The notes: generated by a model from the letters alone, not told the origin. Positions 1-11,790 are shown, counted from the stretch's first letter. The stretch: DNA of 64,000 nt from Antechinus flavipes (GCF_016432865.1 NC_067403.1:255440001-255504000), one strand, 5' to 3'. Program-made: numbers and translations.

Positions 1-577
1 CCAAAGCTGGCCCCCTCTCCCGCCCTCCAGCTCTGACTCTTGGACCCTGTTTACAAAACAGGAAACTGAGGCCCAGGGTGGGGCGCAAGGTCCAGGTTCC
101 GCAGGCAAAGTACTTTTGAACCTTAACGGCCTGTGTTCCTGCAGGCAGCTTCGGCACCTTATAACCCGCTCAAGATGGAAAACACAGGGCCTTGTTCCCA
201 GTCTGGGGGTTTCCGCGCTGTGGGAAAAATGTCTTTTGACCCTCTGACCCCGCTGCGGCTTTCGTAACCATTTTCACTTTCAAACCAGCTTCAGGCCCTT
301 TGGACAAGCTGGGGAAGGAAGATGATGGTTTTATGTTGTTTACAAAAAAGCCTTCCTCTTTCTGGTCTCAAGCATCTGTCAGAGAGCTTTTCAGTCGGCG
401 TTAATGAGACCCAATGGCGGGAGCCTGAGTAACCCAGAGCAAAGGATGGTTTGGGTTCCAGGCCAGAGAGACAATAAAACTCACCAAATGTCAGGACGGG
501 AGGAACCTTAGAACTAAAAGCCAAGGCTGGTGCTTCCAGCTTCAGACATGGAACCTCAGAGTGGCAGGACTTCAAAA

Positions 578-1035
578 AGAAATGTCAGAACTGGGAGGAA
601 GCTTAGAACAGGGAGTGTCAGAACTGGGAGGAACCTTAGAACAGGGAATGTCAGAACTGGGAGGAAGCTTAGAACAGGGAGTGTCAGAACTGGGAGGAAG
701 CTTAGAACAGGGAATGTCAGAACTGGGAGGAAGCTTAGAACAGGGAGTGTCAGAACTGGGAGGAAGCTTAGAACAGGGAGTGTCAGAACTGGGAGGAAGC
801 TTAGAACAGGGAGTGTCAGAACTGGGAGGAAGCTTAGAACAGGGAGTGTCAGAACTGGGAGGAAGCTTAGAACAGGGAATGTCAGAACTGGGAGGAAGCT
901 TAGAACAGGGAGTGTCAGAACTGGGAGGAAGCTTAGAACAGGGAATGTCAGAACTGGGAGGAACCTTAGAATAGGGAATGTCAGAACTGGGAGGAACCTT
1001 AGAACAGGGAATGTCAGAACTCGGAAGAACCTTAA
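578..1035. repeat. 33-bp minisatellite, ~14 copies (GTCAGAACTGGGAGGAAGCTTAGAACAGGGAGT)
   Basis: The GTCAGAA anchor recurs every 33 nt from 584 to 1013. It explains the repetitive ORFs 530-1090, 556-1263 and 561-974. Confidence 0.95.
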
Positions 1036-3019
1036 AAAATGGCGTGGTTCACAGAGGTTGGAGAGACTTACAGGGACTGATCCTAAGTAACATGAGCAGA
1101 ACCAAAAGAACATCCTACACGGTAACAAGAAAATTGTGCGATGTTCAGTTCTGATGTCCGGGGCTCTCTTCAGCAATGAGACAATCCAGGCCAGTTCCAA
1201 GGGTCTTGTGAGGGGAGAGCCGTCCGCATCTACAGGACTGCGGGGGCTGAGTGTGGATCCCAACAGAGCATGTTCACTCTTTTGTGGTTGTTTACTTGCA
1301 TTTTATTTTCTTTCTCATTTTTCCCTTTTTGATCCGATTTTTCCTGTCCCAGGGAATTGTATAAATGTGTCTGGAAGAACTGCACGTGTTTAACATATGG
1401 TGGATGACTTGCCATCTAGGGGAGGGGACGGGGGAAGGGAGGGAGAAAATTTGGAAGCCAGGGTTTTGCCAAGGTGAATGTTAAGAACGATCTATGCATA
1501 GGTTTTCAAAATGAAAAGCTCTAATGAAAAAAAAAAAAAAGAACATGGACTGTCAGAGCTGGGAGGGGCCTTCAAGACCACCTGATAAACTCCCCCATTT
1601 TACAGAGACAGAAAAGGAAACTCGAAGTGGGAAGTGATTTGCTTAGCCCAGAGAAGCGCTGGGAAGAAGCCTCCGAGTGGCCCGCCCTGCCCCCCACTCC
1701 GGCGGGGCCTCCGCACGCCTGCAGCACGCTTGGTCCAGCAGCATGTCCAAAAATGCCTCTAGCCCCAACCAAAGCGCCCCGGCCCTGTGGGATTTTCTCC
1801 AAATATGGGTGAGGAGCTGGGCCAGGAGCCTGCGGAGCATCTCGGGCTGAGAGCAGCCTCATTTTTTCCCATGGCCGGGATGTGTACGCAGCTCCGGCCC
1901 TTCCATTCCGCCAGCGCGGGCCAGATCTGCCAAAAGGGGGGGGCCGCAGGCCGAAGCGGGGAGCTCAGAGGCCCTGGGCGGCTGAGGTCACTCAGAGGGT
2001 GTGGGACAGGCCCGGGCGGGACAGATGCAAGCTCAGCCTCTGCTGGGAGGACCCCAGAAGCCTTCCCCTTTGCACTGTTCCCAGAAACCCCCTCGGGGGC
2101 AGCCAAGAGGAACCGGTGGAACTTGGGACTGGCCCCAGCTTCTCTGCAGACAGGATGCAGCTGGCTCTGGGCTGAGCCTGGAGGTCAGACTGGAGAGACC
2201 CTAAGCCTCATGTCACTGAAGGATGAGGCTCTGCTGGTGGAAGTACGAGCAGACACAGAGCAGTAACTAAGACCAGCAGGAAGTGAAGGAGGATCAGCCG
2301 CCCCGGCCGCCACCCCCGGTAGCATCCTCTGTGACCCACTACTCCCGCGGCCCGGGCACCTAGCAAGTCCCCGGGCTTCTGTGAGGCTTCGGCGCCCATG
2401 AAGTCTGGGGCCCTGGGTCGAAGCCACGGGGGCTCCACCCTAGTTACACTGCCTGATGGGGGGAGGGAGATACTCTTTCAGAACTCATTTCTACAATCAG
2501 TAACTGGAAAACAGTGGAACAGATTATGGTATCATTGCTTTAACAGACTAATGAGACACCGTAAAAACCCGAACCAACAAACCCCCCGGATCTCTTAGAC
2601 GTGATTCCGCAGAAAAATGGGAAGTCCTCTTTGAAGTACTGTAAAGCCAGAAGAGCCGGACCGCCCTATATTTTACTTTAGTTACTATTTTCAGTGAACA
2701 AAGGGCCCTTTTCTTCTCCCTACCCCCTATTTGGAGGGAAAAAAGTTAAAAAAAAAAAAAAAAAAGCCTTTGTAACAAATATGTGCTGATTACAGTTGCA
2801 TAAAAAGAAATAAATTCAAAGGAAGTAAGATATCGGATGGACGTGGAAACCGAGGAAAAAGCCGTTCTTCTTCTGCTTGCCAGCTCCTTTAGGTTCATGC
2901 TGTTAAACAGGCTACAATCGGAGCAGCAATGACCAATGCCCGACCCCTCCTGGCCTGGGAGAAGAGACGGGCAAATCTCCATTCTTCCTTTCTCTGGAGA
3001 GGGGGGGCCTTGTAGGGGC

Positions 3020-6000
3020 TGTGCCTGGCGTGCTCTCTGAACTCTCTGGGCTCTGTGGGCTCTCTTGGCATTCTGGGCTCTGTGGGCTCTCTGAGTTCTC
3101 TGGACACTCTGGGCTTTCTGGATTCTCTGGGTTCTCTGGATGCTCTGGACTCTCTGGATGCTCTGGGCTCTCTTGGCATTCTGAGCTCTCTGGGTGCTCT
3201 GAGCTCTGTGAGCGTTCTGGGCTCTCTTGGCATTCTGTGCTCTCTGGCTCTGTCAGTGCTCTAGACTCTGGGGTCTGTGGGTTCTCTGGACGCTCTGGGC
3301 TCTGTGGGCTCTCTCAGTGCTCTGGGCTCTGGGTACGCTGGGCACTCTGGGCTCTCTGGAGTCTCTGGGCACTCTGGGCTCCATGGGCACTCTGTGCTCT
3401 CTGAGTGCTCGGAACTCTCTGGGCTCTCTGGGCTCTTTTGGCATTCTGGGCTCTTTGGGCTCTGTGGGTGCTCTGGGCTCTATGGGCTCTCTTGGCATTC
3501 TGGGCTCTGTGGGCACTCTGGACTCTTTGGATTCTCTGGGCTCTTTGGGCTCTCTAGATGCTCTGAGTTCTCTGGATACTCTGGGCTCTCTGGACTCTCT
3601 GGACACTCTGGGTTCTCTGGATGCTCTGGACTCTCTGGACGCTCTGGGTTCTCTGGACACTCCAGGCTCTCTGGGCTCTCTGGGCTCTGTGGGCACTCTG
3701 GGCTCTGTGAGTGCTCTGGATTCTGTGGGTGCTCTGGGCTCTCTGGGCTCTCTGGGTGCTCTGGGTACGCTGGGCTCTCTGGGCGCTCTGGGCTCTCTGG
3801 GCTCCATGGGCACTCTGTGCTCTCTGGGCTCTTTTGGCATTCTGGGCTCTCTGGGCTCTGTGGGCGCTCTGGGCTCTGTGGGCTCTCTTGGCGTCCTGGC
3901 TCTCTGGGCTCTGTCAGTGCTCTAGACTCTGGGATCTGTGGGTGCTCTGGGCTCTCTGGACGCTCTGAGTTCTCTGGACACTCTGGGCTCTCTGGACTCT
4001 CTGGACACTCTGGGTTCTTTGGACGCTCTGGACTCTCTGGGTTCTCTGGACGCTCTGGACACTCTGGGCTCTCTTGGCATTCTGGGCTCTGTGGGCTCTG
4101 TGGGCTCTGTGGGTGCTCTGGGCTCTGTGAGTGCTCTGGACTCTGTGGGTGCTCTGGGCTCTCTTGGTGCTCTGGGCTCTGGGTACGCTGGGCTCTCTGG
4201 GTGCTCTGGGCTCTATGGGCTCTCTGAGCACTCTGGACTCTCTGGACTCTCTGTATTCTCTGTATTCTCTGTGCTCTCTGGGTGCTCTGGACTCTCTGTG
4301 CTCTCTGTGCTCTCTGGACTCTCTGTGCTCTCTGGATGCTCTGTGCTCTCTGTGCTCTCTGGGCTCTCTGTACTCTCTGGGCTCTCTTGACTCTCTGTGC
4401 TTTCTGGGCTCTCTGAACTCTCTGGACTCTCTGAACTCTCTGAACTCTCTGGACTCTCTGAACTCTCTGGGCTCTCTGGGCTCTTTGGACTCTCTGAGCT
4501 CTGTGGGATATCTTGACTCTCTGGACTTTCTGAACTCTCTGGACTCTCTGGGCTCTCTGGGTACTCTGGGCTCTGTGGGTGCTCTGGGCTCTGTGGATGC
4601 TCTGGGCTCTCTGGGACCTCTGATTGCTCTGGGCACTCTGGACTCTCTGGGCGTTCTGGGCTTTCTGGATTCTCTGTGCTCTGTGGGCTCTGTTGGCTCT
4701 GTGCGCTCTGTGGGTTCTCTGGGCTCTGTGGGCTCTCCAGGTGCTCTGGGCTCTCTGGACTCTCTGGACACTCTGGGTTCTCTGGATGCTCTGGACTCTC
4801 TGGACGCTCTGGGTTCTCTGGACACTCCAGGCTCTCTGGGCTCTCTGGGCTCTGTGCGCTCTGTGGGTTCTTTGGGCTCTCTGGGCGTTCTGGGTGCTCT
4901 GGGCTCCATGGGCGCTCTGGGCTCTCTGGACTCTGTGGGTTCTCTGGGCTATGTGGGCTCTCCAGGCGCTCTGGGCTCTCTGGGCGTTCTGGATGCTCTG
5001 GACTCCATGGGCGCTCTGGGCTCTCTGGACTCTGTGGGTTCTCTGGGCTCTGTGGGCTCTCCAGGTGCTCTGGGCGCTCTGGGCTCTCTGGACGTTCTGG
5101 GCGCTCTGGGCTCTCTGGATGTTCTGGGTGCTCTGGGCTCCATGGGCGATCTGGGCTCTCTGGGTGCTCTGGGCTCTCTGGACTCTGTGGGCTCTCTAGG
5201 GGCTCTGGGCACTCTGGGATCTCTGGGTGCTCTGGATGCTCTGGGCTCCATGGTGCTCTGGGCTCTCTAGACTCTGGGAGCTCTCTGGGCTCTCTGGGCA
5301 CTCTGGGTTCTCTGGGCTCTGTGGGCTCTCTGGGTGCTCTGGGCTCTCTGGGTTCTCTAAGCTCTGTGGGCTCTGTTGACTCTCTGGGCTCTGTGGCCTC
5401 TCTGGGCTCTCTGGGCGCTCTGGGCTCTCTGGGCTCTCTGGGCTCTGTGGCCTCTCTGGGCTCTCTGGGAGCTCTGGGCTCTCTGGGCTCTGTGGCCTCT
5501 CTGGGCGCTCTGGGAGCTCTGGGCTCTCTGGGCTCTGTGGCCTCTCTGGGCACTCTGGGCTCTCTGGGCTCTCTGGGTGCTCTAGGCTCTCTGGGTTCTC
5601 TGGGTGCGCTGGACTTTCTCAGCTCTCTGGGTTCTCTGGGTGTGCTGGGCTCTCTGGGTGCTCTGGGCACTCTGGGCTCTGTGGGCTCTCTGGGTGCCCT
5701 GGACTCTCTGGGCTCTCTGGGTGCCCTGGGCTCTCTGGGCTCCATGGGCTCTCTGGACTTTGTGGGCTCTCTGGGCACTCTGGGCTCCATGAGCTCTCTG
5801 GACACTCTGGGCTCTCTGGGCTCTGTGGGGGCCCTGCGCGCTTTGGGCTCTGTGGGGGCCCTGCGCGCTTTGGGCTCTGTGGGGGTGCTGGGCTCCATGA
5901 TCTGTCTGGGCACTCAGCTCTCTGGGTGCTCTGGGCTCTGTGGGCTCTCTGGGCTCTGTTGGGCTCTGTGGGCTCTGTTGGGCTCTCTGGGCGCTCTGGA

Positions 6001-6670
6001 CTCTCTGGGCGCTCTGGACTCTCTGGGCTCTGTGGGCTCTGTGGGCTCTGTGGACTCTGTGGGCTCTGGACTCTCTGGGCTCTGTGGGCTCTGGACTCTC
6101 TGGGCTCTGTGGGCTCTGTGAACTCTGTGGACTCTCTGGGCTCTGGACTCTGTGGGCTCTGTGGACTCTGTGGACTCTCTGGGCTCTGGACTCTCTGGGC
6201 TCTGTGGACTCTGTGGGCTCTGTGGGTTCTGGACTCTCTGGGCTCTCTGGGCGCTCTGGACTCTCTGGGCTCTGTGAGCTCTGTGAGCTCTGGACTCTCT
6301 GGGCTCTGTGGGCTCTGTGGACTCTCTGGGCTCTGTGGGCTCTGGACTCTCTGGGCTCTGTGGGCTCTGGACTTTCTGGGCTCTGTGGGCTCTGTGGACT
6401 CTGTGGACTCTCTGGGCTCTGGACTCTCTGGGCTCTGTGGGCTCTGGACTCTCTGGGCTCTGTGGGCTCTGGACTTTCTGGGCTCTGTGGGCTCTGTGGA
6501 CTCTCTGGGCTCTGGACTCTCTGGGCTCTGTGGGCTCTGTGGACTCTGTGGACTCTGTGGGTTCTGTGGGCTCTGTGGACTCTGTGGACTCTCTGGGCTC
6601 TGTGGGCTCTGGACTCTCTGGGCTCTGTGGGCTCTGTGGGCTCTGTGGGCTCTGTGGGTTCTCTGGGATA
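3020..6670. repeat. ~3.65-kb satellite-like array of mostly 9-bp units (GGCTCTCTG and variants GACTCTCTG, GGTGCTCTG, GGCTCTGTG, GGCACTCTG)
   Basis: Directly visible, with interspersed 7-bp units and larger block duplications (e.g. CTGTCAGTGCTCTAGACTCTGGG at ~3250 and ~3910). The + strand is very A-poor. Confidence 0.95.
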
Positions 6671-6999
6671 CGGTTGCTACAAACCTTGGTTTTCATGAAA
6701 TATTTTTTTCTGTTACAGGAAGAAGCCAATAGGCAGGGGTGGGCTGGGCTGGGGTGGGGAGTGTACCTGGGAAAGACTGTGATGTCAAAAAAAAGTCATC
6801 AGGGAAGGGTCTCCCCCAGACCCCCTTTATTTGGCCAGTGGACCCCACCACCTCCAGGGACCTCAGAGGCCAGTTCCACACATCCCCCTTAAACAGATGA
6901 GGAAAAGGGAGGGCCAGGGAGCACTAGCACTTATCCCTAAAAGTCTTAATAGAGCGGGGCTGGGCCTTCCGGCTCCCTCGGTGGGAAGTTGTGGGGAGG

Positions 7000-7950
7000 G
7001 GTTAGAGGGCCCAAGGCAACCTGATTCTGGGGGAGGGGCCCTGGGGGACCGGCTCCCACTCGCCCTCCACGCTGTCCAGATGCAGACTCCTACTGAAGGA
7101 GCTGGCTCTGGGGGCCAAGCTCAGGGACTGATTTTCGGGCCGCGAACTCCCCCTGCAGGCCAGGCCGGGAATCGCACTCAGTCCGGCGCTTCCCCAGTGA
7201 GCTCTCGTAGAAGCTTTTGGAGTGGTTTGATGGGGCGCGGGACCAAGGCTCCCCCTAGCGGTCGGCGTCTGTGCAGGGGGCCCGGCCCGGACTCGGAGGT
7301 CGGCGGTCCTGGGGCGGTTCCCGCCCCGGTCACGTGGCCCGATGCTGTCCACGCGGCCCGTCTCAGGCCCTTCTAATGGGGCTGAGGGTCTCGCTCCGCA
7401 TCCAGTCTTCACGGGGGCCGCAGAGGCGGAGTGGGAGGGGCTGCCCGGCCCTCGGGAAGCTCCGGTCACGGGACCGAGGATGCTGCGGGAGCGACTGCAG
7501 GGGCGCGTCACCCGGCATCCCCGGCGCCTTCCTGGAGGAGGCTAAAGCCCTGAAGGGAGGAAGGGGGTCTAACGGCCGGAGGCAGAGTCTCCGAGCCTCG
7601 GGAGCTGCCCGGGAACCTGGAAGGAGCGGGACGAAGCAGGGAGGAGAGGGACTGAGGAGAGAGGAGGGGGGGGAAGAGGAGGAGGAGGAGGAGGAGGAGG
7701 AGGAGAGGAAGAAGGAGGAAAGAGAGCCAGAGAAAGTCTCAGCTCCCGCTCTGGCGGGGGCGGCGGGGGCTGGCGAGCCCCTGTTGTACCAAGCCGGAAG
7801 CCGCTTATTTATGTGACGGGCCGGCTGTCTCCCGCAGAGATAATGACCTCAGGGTCCCCCACGCCCCGGGCGCCGTGGGCGGGGCCGGCTCTTTGTCCGC
7901 TTATTGGCCAAGATCAACCAAAAGAGGCACCCCGCGGGGGGGGGGGGGGC
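7000..7950 (-). promoter_or_regulatory. CpG island with minus-oriented core-promoter motifs; target gene not identified
   Basis: CpG-rich. TATA-like CATAAATAA on the minus strand (7805-7813), TGACCTCA (7844-7851), GC box (7877-7884), CCAAT on the minus strand (7903-7907), (GGA)n tract at ~7675-7705. Confidence 0.5.
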
Positions 7951-8249
7951 GCGAGCCGCGGGCGCTCTCCCTTAGGAGGGGAAAGGGAGGGGGGGGGGCA
8001 TTCCCAGAGTCCCAAGTCAGGGGGATTTGTCCCCACCCTCGTCCCAAAAAGATCCCTTTAGGTCTATTCAAAACAAACACACCAGGAGCACATGTTTTAC
8101 ATTGGACCCAACCCCGTTTTCCAGCTCAGGAAACTGAGGTCCGATGTTGAAATGAGCCAGCATCATGGGCTCTCCCCCCCTCCCCCGCTCTCCCCCGCTC
8201 GCCAGCTCGCTCTGTTTTACTGCAATCAGGGGCCCAGAAGCTGACCCGG

Positions 8250-8425
8250 AGTCAGGAAAACCAAGTTTGGGTCCTGCCCAGACCTTAACCAGCTGCGTGG
8301 CCTTGAACGAGTCACTTAATTGCTATCTGCCTCAGTTTCCTCCTCTGGAAAATGGAGGCAATAATAGCACTTGCCTCCTGGGTGTTGTGAGAATCAAAGA
8401 TCATCAAGAGCTACATAAAAGTCAG
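8250..8425 (+). mobile_element. MIR-family CORE-SINE fragment
   Basis: Contains the MIR core GAGTCACTTAA...TGCCTCAGTTTCCTCCTCTGGAAAATGG and the downstream GTTGTGAGAATCAAA. Confidence 0.75.
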
Positions 8426-9437
8426 TGATTAAAGGGGCTATTATCAGGGGTCCTCCCATGAGTCTCCCCTGCAGAGCCCCTGCTCCCGCCAGGGTCCCCT
8501 GCACGGGGCACACGACAGAGGGTGCCTGGTCTTTGCTTGAGGAATTCCGGCCCTCCCGGGGACCCTCCCTCCTCTTGCTGTTCTGGCCCAGCTGCCCCAG
8601 CCCAGCCTGTCCCGCCCAGGCCCCCACGCCCTGAGCAAATCCTTGCTTCAAGCACTGACCCATCCCGGCTGCCGTCTCCGGCCACAGCCCGGCCCAGCGA
8701 TGCCCCCTGTGTGCCCGGGTGCCCAGGGCTGCGTCAGCTCTCCAGGCGAGGGCGGCAGGCACGGACTCTCACTGCGCACCGGGCCTTGGTCCGTGGCGTC
8801 ACCCTCCACGTTTGGGGGCCTGTGAGCAGGGAGGTCCCGCGCTCCCTGAGCTGGCCCTTTGAGGAAAGGCTCTTTCCTTCTCCCTGCAGCCCTTGCGGGG
8901 CTGCCCCCTTCCCTCACTCCCCCCAAACCTTGCCTCTCCTCCCACCTGAAGTCTTCATTGCCTCATCTGGACTGGAATCGAGCCATGAAGAGAGGGGGGA
9001 GGAGGACCCTGGGGGAGGTGGGGAAGCTGGGACGCGAGCCAGGATGGGGGGATGGGAAGATGCTGAGGAAAGAGTGGGACGGAGCCGGGCCCGCCCATGT
9101 TCTGGAGCCCATCTGTGTGGGTGAGCCCGGGCACATCTCTTGTGTCCGCGTCTCTGCACTTGAGCACGTCTGGGCTCCCTGTGCACATGGACTTGCGCGT
9201 ACCCTCTGGATGACGCGTTCTATGTGGGTTAGGGGAGCTCAAGGTCAGGGGTAACAGCAAGGAAGCGGGGGGGGGGGGAGAAGGGGCTTCTGGGAAGGCT
9301 CCTTGTACTTGTGTCAGGGTCCAGGACCCAGGGGTCTCACTCTGTGCTCACCTCGCCTCTGAGGACCGATTGGACCAAATGACCTCCGGGAGCGATCCCC
9401 ACTAATTCCAGGATCCCGGGAGACCCCTTCCTCCCCC

Positions 9438-9483
<46 letters not shown>

Positions 9484-9597
9484 CCTCATCATTCAAATGT
9501 CAATAGTACTTCAGGGTTTAAAAATAGCTAAATTATTTCACTGGCCTAGAAGGGAGAGAAGAAGCAGAGGCTCTTGGGAATCCACATGAACACATGA

Positions 9598-10680
9598 TTC
9601 AGTTGAAGTCAACAAGCATTTATTCAATTGATCAATCGATAAGCATTTATTAAGCACCTATTACAGGACGGGCACTGTGCTAGGCACTGGGGGGAGAAAA
9701 AGAGACAAAAGCCAGTCCCTGCCCTCAAAGAGCTTACAGCCTAATGGAGGCGACCACAGGCAAACAGGTACGTACGAACAAGCGATATACGGCATAAATA
9801 GGACATAACGTTCCGATGGATTGCTCTGGGACCAAAAGGCTCCTGGAGAAGATGAGATTTTAATTGGGACTTAAAGGAAGCCAGGGAGACAGGAATTGGA
9901 ACAGAGGAGGGACAGCAATTCGGGCCTGGGAACAACCAGAAAAAATGCCCAGACACTGGGGCTTATTCATGGACTAGCCAGGAAGCGGGTTCACCGGCTC
10001 AGAGAGGATGCGTCAGGGAGCGAAGTGGAAGAAGACTGGAAAAGTAGGAGGGGACAGGAGGTGAAGGGCGTTGAAGGCCAAACAGCATCTTGTATTTGAT
10101 CCTGGGGCCATAGGGAGCCACTGAAGTTTATTGAAGGATCAGACCTGGACTTTAGGAAAATCCCTTTGGTGGTTGAATAGATGATGGATTGAAATGGGAG
10201 AGACTCGGACTCAGCAGAGAGGGAAGATATTTAGGTGTGAGGGGGTGAAGGTCTGCACTGGGGTGACCAGAGGTGATGCAGAGGTGAAAGTGACCAGAGG
10301 TGATGCAGAGTGAAAGTGACCAGAGGTGATACAAAGTGAAAGTCACCAGAGGTGATGCAGAGTGAAAGTGACTGACCAGAGGTGATACAGAGGTGAAAGT
10401 GACAAAAGGTGATGCAGAGTGAAAGTGACAAAAGGTGATCGTGACTGACCAGTGATGATGCAGAAGTGAAAATGACAAGGAATCCCCATGGTTAGAGGCT
10501 GATCTGGAGGAGGAAGGGGCAAAGGAGACAGAGAAGGGGTGGGCAGAGGAGAAGGAGGAGAACCAGGGTGGGAGGGGAGAGAAAGAGAAGGAGAGGTGTT
10601 CTGAAAATCTAGAAGACTCAGGAGAAGGGGGTGACCAAGTCTCCAAGGTCAGAGGGGTCAAGGAGAATGAGCAGCTGGGA
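9598..10680 (-). mobile_element. Degenerate L2 LINE 3' fragments with an internal minisatellite
   Basis: Starts with CAAGCATTTATTAAGCACCTA...GGCACTGTGCTAGGCACTGGG...CAGTCCCTGCCCTCAAAGAGCTTACAG, the reverse complement of an L2 3' end. Further L2-like blocks follow (GGGAGCCACTGAAGTTTATTGA, AGGAGGAGAACCAGG). Confidence 0.7.
10263..10470. repeat. 26-27-bp minisatellite (GTGAAAGTGACCAGAGGTGATGCAGAG) inside L2
   Basis: About 7 degenerate tandem copies are visible. Confidence 0.85.
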
Positions 10681-11548
10681 GATCCCTGATTACTTTAGGG
10701 AGATAGTTTCCTGGACCAATCAGATTAGGCTAGAAGGAGGGAGGGAGGATTGGACCCCAGGGCCTTGGTAAAGAACAGGTTTCCAGTTCTGTAGGTAAAG
10801 ATTGGGCTGGGGGGAGGAGGGTAATGATGCTTCTGGGAGCCCCCGGTGGCAGCAGGAAGGGCTTTGGGTGGGCCAGGGTCTGGCCTCTACAAGGCCTCAG
10901 ACTCAGTCCCAGCCCCAAAAGCTCACCTAAGATCAAGAAAGAACAAACTGGATCCTGTTCTTCACCCCCTGCACCCTCAGGGCAGCCTATGGCTGGTGTG
11001 GGAAGTGCCCAGGGAAGTGCAGGTGGCCCCCAGGCCAGCCACCCTCCACCACTCTAGAGCTGGAAGAACTTCCGAGGCCCCCAATCCAATGTGCCCATTT
11101 AACAGATGTCAAATCGACATGGCCATCCTCTAACTCCAAGGTCCCCTCCAGCTCTCGATCATGTGAGGGGTCACCGGTGGTCAGGGAGCCTGGACCTCCT
11201 GAAAGCCCTCCTGGATGGACTCCCTCTTCCTGTGGCCCACGCCCTTCCGGGGATCTCCTCTAGGAAGGGGCCCCAGTCACTCCCTGTACGTCCCTTGATG
11301 TGTCTCGGCCCAGCTGGGGATTCGACAGCCCCGTCTCCCCACCCCCACTGCCCGCCGGGGCGGGTGCACTGGCCACACTAAGTGTACGGCTGACATGTCT
11401 AACCCCTGGGGTCCTGAGGGAGGACTGGGGACGTGTCCTGGCCCAGGCCTTTCCCCCAAATAAACACCTGTACACTAAGGAGCAGGATTTCCTGTGGTTA
11501 AAACTGTATATGTGCACATTGAAAAATCTCACTTCAAATGTTCCTTAT

Positions 11549-11790
11549 TGGAGGCAGCTAGTTGGCACCACAGCATACAGAGCATCAGGCTTGGAGTCGG
11601 GAAATCGGAGTTCAAGTTTAGCCATGACACTCACTAGCGAGGCACTTAACTTATTTGCCTCAGTTTCCCCCTCTGTAAAATGGGGGACCTCCCTCCCAGA
11701 ATGGTTGTGAGGATGGAACGAAACCATAACTGCAAAGTCCTTAGCCCAGGGCCCGGCCCAGAGCAGGCGCCACATCAGCATTAGCTTGTG
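11549..11790 (+). mobile_element. MIR-family SINE
   Basis: tRNA-derived head GGAGGCAGCTAG, then GGAGTTCAAGT, the core TGCCTCAGTTTCCCCCTCTGTAAAATGGGG, and GGTTGTGAGGAT. Confidence 0.75.

Noticed and set aside
530-1263. Repetitive ORFs (SELGGSLEQGV, RTGRKLRTGSV and VLTLPVLSFLP repeats)
   Set aside because: They are by-products of a 33-bp (multiple-of-3) minisatellite and are open in several frames on both strands. A related unit occurs in an intron at 54.7 kb.
1230-1415. Strong minus-strand acceptor (CCCCTCCCCTAG|ATG) followed by a 61-aa ORF
   Set aside because: No recognisable homology and no exon chain I could link it to. It may be a non-coding exon, but I cannot support a call.
3020-6670. 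Immunoglobulin switch-like region or hornerin/filaggrin-like SGHSG protein on the + strand
   Set aside because: GGGCT is common but AGCT hotspots are sparse, and there are no Ig genes nearby. The + strand frames are broken by TGA and register shifts and have no S100 or other leader exon.
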